From positions 3,718 through 67,717 of the forward strand of contig CAYTQC010000001.1 of the NCBI GenBank assembly GCA_964439735.1: 64,000 nucleotides of DNA, read 5' to 3'. Within the stretch, counting starts at the first letter, position 1, and each line of letters begins with the position of its first letter. Source of the DNA: an uncultured Synergistaceae bacterium (GTDB lineage Bacteria; Synergistota; Synergistia; Synergistales; Aminobacteriaceae). The translations under genes and the position numbers were made by a program. Shown piece by piece: positions 28,921 through 38,603 of this stretch. Under the pieces are notes generated by a model that saw nothing but the letters and a program-made list of their open reading frames with translations, ran no database searches and had not been told where the DNA came from.

Positions 28921-30114
28921 TCAGTCCGTTATGTACAGCGGTGTTATCCCGGGAAGCGCCTTGCCTTCGCAGAATTCAAGGCTTGCACCGCCTCCGGTGG
29001 AAACGTGGGATACCGACCCGTCAAAACCGAGCTGTTTTGCCGCAGCAGCGGTATCTCCCCCGCCAACGACGGTAACGCCTCCCTTTCTGGTGCATTCGGC
29101 AACTCCTTCAGCGATAGTTTTTGTGCCGCCTGCAAACACCGGATTCTCGAAAACACCCATGGGGCCGTTCCAGAGAACCGTCCTTGCGGAAGCAATTTTC
29201 TTCGAGAAAAGGGCCGCTGTCTCAGGGCCGATATCAAGCCCCATCATTCCATCGGGGACCTTGTCTGCGGGAACGATAGTCTCACCCGTGGCGATGTCCG
29301 GCGATGGACCGGCAACCACGTCCACCGGAAGCAGTATCTCCACTCCGGCTTTTTCCGCCCTTTTCATCATCTCGGATGCGAAATCCGCCTTTTCCGCCTC
29401 GAAGAGGGATTTTCCTATACTCCCGCCCCTTGCCTTCAGGAACGTGAAGGCCATTCCTCCGCCGATAAGTATGGCGCTGGCCTTGTCCATAAGGTTTTCC
29501 ACAACGCCGATCTTGTCCGAAACCTTTGCTCCTCCGAGAATGATGACAAATGGCTTTTCAGGGTTTTCACTCACTGCGGAGAGCATGTTGACTTCCCTTT
29601 CAATCAGCGCACCTGAAAAGGAAGGAAGGAACTCCGTGATTCCGTTCGTGGACGCATCAGCCCTGTGGGAAGCACTGAACGCATCCATGACGAACACATC
29701 AAAGGGGGCTGCAAGTTTTTCCGAAAACGACCTGTCGTTCTCCTGCTCTTCGGCATGAAACCTCAGGTTCTCCAGGACAAGCACACTGCCTTTCGGAAGA
29801 GAATCCATGGCATCCTTCACTTTCGGGCCGATACACTCATCGCAGTAGACGACAGGTACACCGTAAAGTTTTTGTGCTTCGGGGGCCACAAGGGACAGGG
29901 ACATTTCAGGGACGCGCTTTCCCTTGGGGCGCCCAAGGTGAGATGCCAGAGCAACCTTTGCCCCCGCTTCCAGGAGGGCTTCGAGAGTCTTTCTGTGAGC
30001 CTCTATTCTCGTTGTGTCCGTAACCTTTCCATCTTTCAGCGGGACATTGAAGTCGACCCTCAACAATACTTTTTTCCCCTTGACGTCCTCTTTTCTGAAG
30101 CTTCGCAGTTTCAT
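28921..30114 (-). CDS. pgk: Phosphoglycerate kinase
   Basis: RVDFNVP, SHLGRPKG, LENLRF, GGAKVSDK, WNGPMGVFE, STGGGASLE. Confidence 0.97.
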   Translation of the reverse strand: MKLRSFRKEDVKGKKVLLRVDFNVPLKDGKVTDTTRIEAHRKTLEALLEAGAKVALASHLGRPKGKRVPEMSLSLVAPEAQKLYGVPVVYCDECIGPKVKDAMDSLPKGSVLVLENLRFHAEEQENDRSFSEKLAAPFDVFVMDAFSASHRADASTNGITEFLPSFSGALIEREVNMLSAVSENPEKPFVIILGGAKVSDKIGVVENLMDKASAILIGGGMAFTFLKARGGSIGKSLFEAEKADFASEMMKRAEKAGVEILLPVDVVAGPSPDIATGETIVPADKVPDGMMGLDIGPETAALFSKKIASARTVLWNGPMGVFENPVFAGGTKTIAEGVAECTRKGGVTVVGGGDTAAAAKQLGFDGSVSHVSTGGGASLEFCEGKALPGITPLYITD

Positions 30115-30128
30115 CGAAAACTCCTCCT

Positions 30129-31052
30129 TTATCGTATTGGGAAACGTTCCCTCCTCGAGGCAAGGGAACCTGCCATTTCTTCAAGCTTCTTCCACCGATA
30201 TTTTACAGTACTTTTGCTCACAGGCGGAGAAAGCATCTTTCCAAGCTCTTCAAGCGTGGCGCTTGGATTCGAAAGACGGGAACAGACCATTTCCTTCAAC
30301 GTAAAGGGAAGAGCTTCAAACCCCGGAAGAGCCATGGCTGATCGTGCGATCTCCATCTGCCGTGAAGCAGCCTCCAGGGACTTCCTTATATTGGATGCAT
30401 CACAGTTCACAAGCTTGTTGGCCCTGTTCCTCATGGAACGGACGATCGCTTTTTCCTCGAGAGCCAGTGATGTCCGTCCAAGACCGAACCTCGCGAGCAG
30501 CGTGACTATCTCCTCCTGGTTTCTGAGGGTGATCTCGAATTTCCCCTGTATCTGCCTTCTTCCGATGGAAAAACGGCCTTTTTTCAGGGCTGCAGCGGCT
30601 GTTTTCTCGACTTCTTCGTTACCCGCCCGAAAGCTCAAATAATACCCGGTCTTCGGTATATACAGTCCTCCGCAGCTTCCCCACAGCCCCCTGAGCCAGT
30701 CAGGCTTGCGGAGTGAAACCGCTCCCCCGGTAAGTGGAAGGATCAGCGGAAAAAGGGATGGAGGCAGATAGAAAAGGACCCTGCCCTTCATGGAACGGGG
30801 AATGCTCAAAAGTGACGGAAAATCCTGGGTTTTCTGAACTCCCGACAATGGCCAGAGCCTGGAAAGACGGCGGAATACCCATAGTCTTCCGCTGGAAAAA
30901 CCGGTCCCCTCAGCGATGTCATCTGTCCGTGAAAGCCCGCACAGAATCCCCCGTATCTCGTCGAGGGCCTCGTTTTGCCCTTTCACAGGGCATGAAAGCC
31001 ATTCATCCCACATGGATGACGAAAGCGTCATCCCCCGTGAACTGTGAGGCAT
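30129..31052 (-). CDS. whiA: DNA-binding protein WhiA
   Basis: LAGLIDADG-like WLRGLWGSCG; MRNRANKLVNCDASNI; C-terminal HTH SLEELG-like TLEELG...VSKSTVKYR; follows yvcK. Confidence 0.88.
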   Translation of the reverse strand: MPHSSRGMTLSSSMWDEWLSCPVKGQNEALDEIRGILCGLSRTDDIAEGTGFSSGRLWVFRRLSRLWPLSGVQKTQDFPSLLSIPRSMKGRVLFYLPPSLFPLILPLTGGAVSLRKPDWLRGLWGSCGGLYIPKTGYYLSFRAGNEEVEKTAAAALKKGRFSIGRRQIQGKFEITLRNQEEIVTLLARFGLGRTSLALEEKAIVRSMRNRANKLVNCDASNIRKSLEAASRQMEIARSAMALPGFEALPFTLKEMVCSRLSNPSATLEELGKMLSPPVSKSTVKYRWKKLEEMAGSLASRRERFPIR

Positions 31053-31056
31053 TGGA

Positions 31057-32178
31057 TCAATCCTCTTTCAGTTCCCTGCAGAGGCGAACGAGGACATGGG
31101 AAAGCGCCTGTCCGTCATGCCGGATAAGGGAGTTGTCTGCTATCTGAACAAAATCCCCCTCCACTATGGTACACCCCATGTTTTCCATTTTGGTCCTCTG
31201 CCCGGAATCCAGGTACAGGGGTTCCGCTCCCTGGCGGCTGTATTTTTCGAGTATGTGGGGAGGAAACCTTCCTGAATTTGCGATCACGTAATCCGGAGGC
31301 ATGCCCATGACGGAAGCGATCCACTTCACGTGTTCCATGATGGAAAAGCCCTCCGTTTCACCCGGCTGCGTCATAAGGTTGCAGATATATACCTTTGGAA
31401 CCACCGATTTCCTGAGCTGTTCGGCAACGGTCCGGATAAGAAGATTCGGGATGACGCTCGTGAACAGGCTGCCCGGTCCAAGAACTATCACCTCCGCCTC
31501 TTCAATGGCACGGAGCACATCGTTGAGCGGCTTTGAGTCTTTCGGCTCAAGCCATATTTCCGTAATATTCTTTCCGTTATCGGCTATCGCGAGTTCCCCG
31601 CGTATTCTATCGCCCGTCCGTGTTTCGGCAACAAGAGAGACCGCTTCTGTGGTCACAGGAAGCACCCGGCCGCGGATCGCGAGAAGGTTGTTCATTTCCT
31701 CCACTGCCCTCCTGAAATCCCCGAACTGTTCGGAAATAGCAAGGAGCATAAGGTTACCCAGGCTGTGCCCTGAAAGGGCTCCGCGATCAAACCGGAAGTC
31801 GAGAAGCCTTTTCAGTGAGCTGTCGTTCTCAGCAAGGGCGACGATGCAGTTCCGCACATCACCCGGGGGAAGCACTCCCCATTCTTCACGCAGCCTCCCG
31901 GAACTTCCGCCTTCATCAGTCACGGTCACCACAGCGACAATATTCCGCGTGAAGCTCTTCAGTCCCCTGAGCAGAGTTGAAAGGCCCGTCCCGCCTCCCA
32001 GAGCGACAACGTAGGGCCCCATTGAAAGGCGGTATTCCACCGCTCTCGCCATGGCAGCCTTTTTGCTCCTGTATGCCCTTGAAAGACGGGAAAAATCCTG
32101 CCGTTCCCTCAACCTGAAAAGGAAAATAAGCAATATGGCTGTCAGAAATCCGAATACGTAGTTCAGCATTCCGTCCAT
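31057..32178 (-). CDS. yvcK: YvcK/GlmR (UPF0052) family protein with N-terminal TM extension
   Basis: GGGTGLS, DEGGSSGRLR, PPGDVRNC, GHSLGNL, LGPGSLFTSVIPNL, NLMTQPGET. Confidence 0.93.
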   Translation of the reverse strand: MDGMLNYVFGFLTAILLIFLFRLRERQDFSRLSRAYRSKKAAMARAVEYRLSMGPYVVALGGGTGLSTLLRGLKSFTRNIVAVVTVTDEGGSSGRLREEWGVLPPGDVRNCIVALAENDSSLKRLLDFRFDRGALSGHSLGNLMLLAISEQFGDFRRAVEEMNNLLAIRGRVLPVTTEAVSLVAETRTGDRIRGELAIADNGKNITEIWLEPKDSKPLNDVLRAIEEAEVIVLGPGSLFTSVIPNLLIRTVAEQLRKSVVPKVYICNLMTQPGETEGFSIMEHVKWIASVMGMPPDYVIANSGRFPPHILEKYSRQGAEPLYLDSGQRTKMENMGCTIVEGDFVQIADNSLIRHDGQALSHVLVRLCRELKED

Positions 32179-32180
32179 GG

Positions 32181-33071
32181 TCACCAGCCCTGTTCTCTCG
32201 TGATATCGCGGTGCCTCAGAGTGCAGGCCGTCGGAAAAGCTTCTTTGAAGAAGGAAAAAATTCTCTCTGCCACCGCGACTGAACGATGCCTCCCTCCCGT
32301 ACATCCGACCCCTATATGAAGCTGCGGCTTGCCTGCGGCCAGGTAAAGAGGGGCGATAAAATCAAGGAAGGGAACCAGCTTTTCCCAGAACTCTTCTGCT
32401 TCCGGAAAACTCCAGATTTGGTTTTGGACTGCCATGTCCTGTCCCGACAAAAGTTGGAGAGAGGGGATATAGTAGGGGTTGGCCAGAAAACGGACATCGA
32501 ATAAAAAGTCGCAGTCCGCAGGTGCCCCATATTTAAATCCGAAGGAAGTAATGACGATCGTCCCCTCAGTGGAAGAACCGCACAGTTTTGAAAGCAGTTT
32601 TTTCCGTATCTCCGGCAAAGAAAGAGCCGACGTATCAAGAACCATGTCCGCAAGTTCAAGGATCGGCTTCAGGCGTACCCTTTCCCCTGCTATGCCGTCC
32701 AGGAAACTGCCTTCTCCGCCGAGTGGGTGCCGCCTCCTCGTCGTCTCGAACCGATTCAGAAGCACTTCATCCGATGCGTCAAGGAAAACGATGCTTACCC
32801 CGGGAACCTGGGCTTTCAGGGCGGTAATGGCCGCCGGAAAATCATCCAGGAGCGTATCTCCTCGGACATCCACAACAGCGGCAACCCCGTTCCGCACTGC
32901 GGCCCTGTGTTTTTCCAGGAGCAGCAAAAGCTGTGAAAGGAGTGCCGGAGGAATGTTGTCTATGGCGAACATACCCTGGTCTTCAAGTACTTTAAGGGCC
33001 GTTGATTTTCCCGCCCCGGACATCCCCGTGAGAATGACGCATTTTTTGACGCCCTGGTTTTCAGTGTCCAC
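32181..33071 (-). CDS. rapZ: RNase adapter RapZ/YvcJ
   Basis: TGMSGAGKS, IDNIP, RRRHPL, SFGFKYG, DVRFLANP, GCTGGRHRSV; GTG start. Confidence 0.94.
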   Translation of the reverse strand: MDTENQGVKKCVILTGMSGAGKSTALKVLEDQGMFAIDNIPPALLSQLLLLLEKHRAAVRNGVAAVVDVRGDTLLDDFPAAITALKAQVPGVSIVFLDASDEVLLNRFETTRRRHPLGGEGSFLDGIAGERVRLKPILELADMVLDTSALSLPEIRKKLLSKLCGSSTEGTIVITSFGFKYGAPADCDFLFDVRFLANPYYIPSLQLLSGQDMAVQNQIWSFPEAEEFWEKLVPFLDFIAPLYLAAGKPQLHIGVGCTGGRHRSVAVAERIFSFFKEAFPTACTLRHRDITREQGW

Positions 33072-33109
33072 CGGATGGTCTCCTCTCCCGCTTATGGATG
33101 CCTCTGCAG

Positions 33110-33937
33110 TCAGACCGGATTCGAACCGCACTCGCCGTCCCGGCCGCAGAGTATTTCGATCCCGTGTCTCAGCGCGGGGGCCACGGCGGCTAAACACTCC
33201 AGTGCCGCCTTTGTGCTTCCGGGAAGGGAAATAATAAGTGTTTTCCCCCGTATCACGGCATTTGCACGACTCAGTACTGCCCTTCGGGTAATTTTCAGTG
33301 ATGCCGCCCTCATGGCCTCACCGATTCCCGGGACGTGTCTCTCACAAACAGCATCCAGAGCTTCCGGCGTTACATCTCTCGGGGAAAAACCGGTCCCCCC
33401 GGTGCACAGGATCAGGTCAAGACCTTTTCCGTCGCTCCATTCCTTCAGGAGCGGGACAAGCACTGCGTGATCATCGGGGACGATCGACGTGAACAGAACG
33501 TCGGCCCCCAGTGCGGTCACTTCCGCGGCAAGGGCAGGACCGGAACCGTCCTCCCTTTCCCCCCGGCTCCCCTTGTCGCTCACGGTGATAATGCCGGCTG
33601 TGAACGGGTGAAAGAAGGAACAGGCTGAAGAAAGCGGGATGAATCCGCCCTTTTCCGGATAAAGAAGCGCAAGGCCGTGGTCTTCAGATGGGCTGATGCG
33701 GAAGAGACACTCCTGCACCGACAAAAAACCGCTCGGGGAAAACTCCCGGGCAGAAACAACGAAACCGGAGGAATTATCGGGCAGACTATCCGCCGCACCC
33801 GGCGACAGAAGGAACAATTGTCTCTCCGTTCCGTTGAAGGATGTCTTCCCCGCACCGTTCACGCCGACAAAGCAGAGGGTGTGAACGAACTGCCTGCCGC
33901 CCTCGTTCTCCAATATTTCAAGAATCCGCATCTTCAC
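33110..33937 (-). CDS. mogA: MogA/MoaB molybdopterin adenylyltransferase with an extra ~110-aa N-terminal domain
   Basis: ITVSDKG, REDGSG, TGGTGFSPRDVTPEA, SRANA, LPGS. Confidence 0.88.
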   Translation of the reverse strand: MKMRILEILENEGGRQFVHTLCFVGVNGAGKTSFNGTERQLFLLSPGAADSLPDNSSGFVVSAREFSPSGFLSVQECLFRISPSEDHGLALLYPEKGGFIPLSSACSFFHPFTAGIITVSDKGSRGEREDGSGPALAAEVTALGADVLFTSIVPDDHAVLVPLLKEWSDGKGLDLILCTGGTGFSPRDVTPEALDAVCERHVPGIGEAMRAASLKITRRAVLSRANAVIRGKTLIISLPGSTKAALECLAAVAPALRHGIEILCGRDGECGSNPV

Positions 33938-34445
33938 TCATCCCCCCGGCCGTATAGGTACCGCTTTTCCCGCCAGTTTTCTTCAGGAGCCGGATGTCCT
34001 GTATCACCATATTCTTCGAAATTCCCTTGCACATATCATACACTGTGAGAGCTGCAGCCGAAACTCCGGTCAATGCTTCCATCTCAACCCCGGTCACATC
34101 TCTCGCGGCTACCGTACAGCGGATACAGACCTTTTTTTCCCCCTCGTCAAGGGAGCACCGTATCTCTGTTTTTTCGATCCGTATCCCATGGCACAGCGGG
34201 ATCAGTTCCGGGGTCTTTTTTACAGCCATTATTCCGGCAGTTTCAGCGATACGGAAGACATCACCCTTCTTTGAATTTCTTCCCTCAGCGAGGCAGGCGC
34301 AGACAGCCTCATCCAGGACGACGTACCCTTCAGCTACAGCCGTACGGTATGTTTCGGCCTTGCCGCTCACGTCTACCATTCTCGGTCTGCCCTCTTCATC
34401 AAGGTGCGAGAGGTGTTCTCCTGCGGGAACAGGGTCATGAACCAT
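33918..34445 (-). CDS. moaC: Cyclic pyranopterin monophosphate synthase MoaC
   Basis: SHLDEEGRPRMVDVS, KGDV, LIPLCH, TGVEMEAL, YDMCK, KTGGKSG. Confidence 0.96.
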   Translation of the reverse strand: MVHDPVPAGEHLSHLDEEGRPRMVDVSGKAETYRTAVAEGYVVLDEAVCACLAEGRNSKKGDVFRIAETAGIMAVKKTPELIPLCHGIRIEKTEIRCSLDEGEKKVCIRCTVAARDVTGVEMEALTGVSAAALTVYDMCKGISKNMVIQDIRLLKKTGGKSGTYTAGGMSEDADS

Positions 34446-34450
34446 ATGAT

Positions 34451-35452
34451 TTATCCTCCGATCTGGGACATATGTCGTTCTTCACACAAACCATCCCCGC
34501 TGGGGATGCCCGTCTCTCCCCTCCGGGGTTTTGCAGCCACAGCTTCAAGAATACGCTTTTTCAATGAGTTCCGGTCTTTTTTCCTCAGGGCTTCAATAAC
34601 CGGAACACCGAAATTTCCGAAGAGGCAGGGACGAACAACCCCGACGGAAGTGACCCGAAGGCGGTTGCATAAAAGGCAGAAGTGTTCCGAAACGGCGGAT
34701 ATTACCCCCACCTTCTGGCCAGTCGACGCGTTCCGGTAATACCGTGACGGGCCGCAGACATCCGAATTTCCCGCGGAAGGACACGGATGCCAGAGTTCCC
34801 TGACAGGAAGAAGGGAAAGAATGTCCCGTGCGGAAATATACTTGTCCTGTGACCAGACATCCCTGTCAAGGGGCATAAATTCTATGAACCGGGCCAGAAT
34901 GTTCCTTTCCCGTGCAAATCCTACGAGCAATGGGACCTCATCATCGTTGAAATGTTTCATTGCCACGGTGTTGATCTTCACCGGGACATTTTTTTCAGCA
35001 CAGAGTGCATCGATCCCCCGAATGACCTTTTCCAGGTCTCCCGTCACTGTGACATGACGGAATCTTTCCGGGTCGAGGGTGTCAAGGCTCACATTCACGG
35101 ATTCAAGCCCGAGTCCCGAAAGACGGCCTGCGGTTTCCTCCAGCATTGTGCCGTTGGTGGTCACTGCGATGCGGAGTCCGGGAAGCTTCTCCCGGACCTC
35201 CTCCAGGAAAGGCACAAAACCCTTTCGCACAAAGGGTTCCCCTCCTGTAAACCGGATTTTCTTTACCCCGAGCTCCACAAAAACTTGGCAGAGAAACAGT
35301 ATGTTCTCGTACGACATAATCTCTTCGTGGGGAATCCATTCCACACCTTCGGAAGGCATGCAGTAGCGGCACCGGTAATTACACCTGTCCGTCACCGAAA
35401 TGCGGACGTATTCGAGTATCCGCCCGTAAGGGTCCTGCATTATTCCGGCCAT
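34451..35452 (-). CDS. moaA: GTP 3',8-cyclase MoaA
   Basis: RISVTDRCNYRCRYC, TGGEP, FIEFMP, FCLLCNRLR...PCL, terminal MSQIGG. Confidence 0.96.
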   Translation of the reverse strand: MAGIMQDPYGRILEYVRISVTDRCNYRCRYCMPSEGVEWIPHEEIMSYENILFLCQVFVELGVKKIRFTGGEPFVRKGFVPFLEEVREKLPGLRIAVTTNGTMLEETAGRLSGLGLESVNVSLDTLDPERFRHVTVTGDLEKVIRGIDALCAEKNVPVKINTVAMKHFNDDEVPLLVGFARERNILARFIEFMPLDRDVWSQDKYISARDILSLLPVRELWHPCPSAGNSDVCGPSRYYRNASTGQKVGVISAVSEHFCLLCNRLRVTSVGVVRPCLFGNFGVPVIEALRKKDRNSLKKRILEAVAAKPRRGETGIPSGDGLCEERHMSQIGG

Positions 35453-37362
35453 CTGTAGCCCCCCATCCTGTCCACCATGTCTCTCCACCCTCCATCATCA
35501 AGAGCGCTCAGAAGCGCCCGGATACCCGGGTGATCTTCAAAAGATTTGGGGAACACCAGCTCGTATGGTTCCTCCGTAACAGGAATAAAATCGAGCCCAA
35601 GCGCATCCGCAACTGATTTGATACCCATGGCGGCATCGGCGAAACCCAGCAGGACCTTGTTCCCGGCATCGAAATGGGTGGCGCTCTGGTTCTCGTACCC
35701 CCGTACCATACCGGGGGAAATTCCTTCCTGCCTGAGGAGATAATCCAGAAGCACTCTTGTGCCTGCACCCGGTTGCCGGTTGACGATGGAGACGTTCTCT
35801 CTCCCGAGGTCAGCAGCTGAAAGTATGCCTTTCGGATTTCCCCTTGTAATCATGATCCCCTGCTGCCTGTAAAAAACAAGCCTGCGGACCAGGTTCTCTA
35901 TATTATCCTTGAAAAGCTCCCGTATGAAGGAAGAGTTGTACTCTCCTGTTTCGCTGTTGAGCAGGTGACACGCGGCAACATGACATTCACCTCTCGAGAG
36001 CGCGGCCAGTCCTCCGAGACTGCCGACAGAACGGGCAATCAACTCTCCCCCTGCCTGCTTGACAAAGGTCGTTATTCTCTCAAAGGCAGGATCGTTCGAT
36101 CCCTGGAACAGAATCCTCCGCTCCCAGGGAACCTGCCTCAGGAACCACAGGCTGACGCTGCTTCCTTTAGGCAGTTCAGCGGCCTCAAGGGGAAGAAGGG
36201 CGATCCCGTCGGATTCGGAAAGCGACCAAAGAGCGCTCGCACCCGAAGGAAGAGGATATGTTCTTTTCTCCCCGTTTATTTCAACACATTTCAGGCGCAC
36301 CCATTCCTCCTTGCCATAGGATGAAGAACAGCCCGTAAGAAGGGAAGCCGTACCCGAGCCGACTGCGCCGAGAGCATCCGGAATTGCCCTTTCCCTGTCG
36401 AAAGAGCCCTTCTGCAGAAGGTTCAGTGCAGGGAATACCAAAGACCAGAGAATCACCGCATTGGACATGGGGAATCCGGGAAGATTAATGATCGTGCATT
36501 TACCTGCCTTCGACACGGATGCAGGCCGTCCCGGCTTCATGAGAAGCCACCTGAAGAGCGGCCGCCCTATCTGTTCAAGTACGGTGAAGGTATGATCCCG
36601 CTCACCTTTTGCCGATCCTGCTCCTACGAGGAGCAGGTCGTAGAGGGGAGCCTTTTCGGACAGGTACTGTTTCAGAACAGCCGGATCATCAGGAAGGCAG
36701 GGAGCTATATCCAGAGGGAAGCCCCACCGGGTGAAATACCCTTTGACGAGGAGCGAATTGCTCTCCCCGACTTTCCCTGAAGGCGGCAAGTCCATGGGAA
36801 GCCATTCCTCCAGGGGAATAATTTCATCACCCGTGGGGATATAAAGGGTCTTAGGGACAGCAAGGACATTCACCTCCGGGACCCCGGCAGTTGCAAGAAG
36901 TGAAGCAAGAGCAGGGGATACTGTATCTCCCTCCCTTGCGATCACCTGCCCGCAGAAAACATCTTCGCCGAGCGGCCTGACATTTTCTCCCGCTACAAGG
37001 GACTTCGCGAGAATAACCATTCCTGTCTCCCTGTCTGTGGAAGTGTCTTCGACCATGGCGATGCAGTCAAACTGCGGGGGCAAATCTCCCCCGGTATTGA
37101 CCCAGACGGCATCTTCGGGTGCAAAGGACAGGGGGGTCGACTGGGACGCACCTGCCGTCATCCGTGAAGAAAGAGCGTAGCCGTCCATAGCCGATGCATT
37201 ATAATGAGGCACATTTCTCCTGGAGACGACGTCACCCGCAAGGATCCTCCCGAAGGCCTCCTGGACCGGGCACGATTCGGCGCCGAGAGGAAAAGATTCT
37301 TCTTCCAGTATTTCCCATGCTCTCGCGAGAGTGACATGCAGATTCTCTTTCACCAAAGCCAT
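35440..37362 (-). CDS. moeA: MoeA fused to a C-terminal periplasmic-binding-protein-like (PBP) domain
   Basis: SAMDGYA, TGDEI, KPGRP, LPGFP; C-terminal GSNDP, GSLGGLAAL, NRQPGAGTR, DAAMG. Confidence 0.92.
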   Translation of the reverse strand: MALVKENLHVTLARAWEILEEESFPLGAESCPVQEAFGRILAGDVVSRRNVPHYNASAMDGYALSSRMTAGASQSTPLSFAPEDAVWVNTGGDLPPQFDCIAMVEDTSTDRETGMVILAKSLVAGENVRPLGEDVFCGQVIAREGDTVSPALASLLATAGVPEVNVLAVPKTLYIPTGDEIIPLEEWLPMDLPPSGKVGESNSLLVKGYFTRWGFPLDIAPCLPDDPAVLKQYLSEKAPLYDLLLVGAGSAKGERDHTFTVLEQIGRPLFRWLLMKPGRPASVSKAGKCTIINLPGFPMSNAVILWSLVFPALNLLQKGSFDRERAIPDALGAVGSGTASLLTGCSSSYGKEEWVRLKCVEINGEKRTYPLPSGASALWSLSESDGIALLPLEAAELPKGSSVSLWFLRQVPWERRILFQGSNDPAFERITTFVKQAGGELIARSVGSLGGLAALSRGECHVAACHLLNSETGEYNSSFIRELFKDNIENLVRRLVFYRQQGIMITRGNPKGILSAADLGRENVSIVNRQPGAGTRVLLDYLLRQEGISPGMVRGYENQSATHFDAGNKVLLGFADAAMGIKSVADALGLDFIPVTEEPYELVFPKSFEDHPGIRALLSALDDGGWRDMVDRMGGYRWPE

Positions 37363-38579
37363 ATTTCCGCCTCCTCACCGCTGCGTATTGTCTCCTGTGA
37401 TGCCGGGAGCCTGTACAGTCCGTCAGAAAGAGCAAGCGCCTTCGAGAAAGAGGACTTTACAGGATAGGGAAACACTCTGCCCTCCCTCAGAACGCACGGA
37501 ACGAATTCCTCGATTCCCGAATGTCCGAATACCGTCTCTTCAGAGGGAAGGAAGATTTTCCGCCACGATTCCAGGGGTTTCCCCCATATCAGCGCATTCA
37601 GCAGCGGCAGAAGGACCGTGTAGGCGGAAATAAAGCAGGAAAAGGGATGCCCGGGAAGACCGAGAACGAGTTTTTTCTCGTCTTTCAGGCCTGCGATAAG
37701 AGTCGGTTTTCCCGGCGACATAAGGATTCCCCTTATCATAAGACCCGGTTCGGGAAGATTCTCAAGAATAGAGGAACAGTGGTCTCTCATGCTTACCGAG
37801 GACCCTCCGCTGATCACCACCGTGCCGCATTCAGCGAGTGCTCTTTCCAGCATCGAAGCCAGGGCGTTTTTGGAATCCTCAACTATTCCGTAATAGGAGA
37901 CCTGGTACCCTTCACCCCCGATCAGGGAAGTCAGAAGCGCGGAATTGACATCACGGAATTTACCCGGCGGCAGGGGCATGGTCCCGGGCGGGACGATTTC
38001 ATCTCCCGTGCTTATTATCCCCACACGCAGGCCGGCTGATTCCGCTTCCAGAACACCTGCCATGGACAACAGCCCGGAAGTCCGGAAATCAATCTTTCTT
38101 CCTGCCTGAAGGAGCACATCTCCCCGGGAAAACTCTTCCCCGCGGGAAACGATATTGTCATCTTTCTGTACTGCGTTTTTAAGTTCAACCCAGTCACCGG
38201 CTGAATCAGTGTCCTCCATCATCACCACCGAATCCGCTCCTTCAGGCAATATGCCGCCCGTGTGGATGATGGCGCATTCGCCTGCATTCAGCCGAAAAGA
38301 TGGGGGTAGTCCCATGGGAACTTCACCTGCAAGACGAAGGAACGCCGGATTGCCGGGGCTTGCTCCGAAGCAGTCGGAACTGAGGACGGCATAACCGTCC
38401 CTGGTGCTCCTCGGGAAGGGGGGGAAGTCTTCGCCGGACACAATTTCCTTCAGGATCCTGCATCCGGGAACAGACAGGACATTATTGCCTCCACGGATGC
38501 CCCATGGGAAGCCAAGTGACGATGAAACAAGGGAAAGGGCATCTTCCCTCGGGGTAAGATCTTCAACAAACCCAGCCAA
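37350..38579 (-). CDS. moeA: Molybdopterin molybdo/tungsto-transferase MoeA (second paralog)
   Basis: RSTRDGYA, IHTGG, STGDEI, SGGSS, SPGKPT, LPGHP; TTG start after AGGAGA. Confidence 0.92.
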   Translation of the reverse strand: MAGFVEDLTPREDALSLVSSSLGFPWGIRGGNNVLSVPGCRILKEIVSGEDFPPFPRSTRDGYAVLSSDCFGASPGNPAFLRLAGEVPMGLPPSFRLNAGECAIIHTGGILPEGADSVVMMEDTDSAGDWVELKNAVQKDDNIVSRGEEFSRGDVLLQAGRKIDFRTSGLLSMAGVLEAESAGLRVGIISTGDEIVPPGTMPLPPGKFRDVNSALLTSLIGGEGYQVSYYGIVEDSKNALASMLERALAECGTVVISGGSSVSMRDHCSSILENLPEPGLMIRGILMSPGKPTLIAGLKDEKKLVLGLPGHPFSCFISAYTVLLPLLNALIWGKPLESWRKIFLPSEETVFGHSGIEEFVPCVLREGRVFPYPVKSSFSKALALSDGLYRLPASQETIRSGEEAEIWLW

Positions 38580-38603
38580 TTGTATTCTCCTTTAGTAACG
38601 GGG

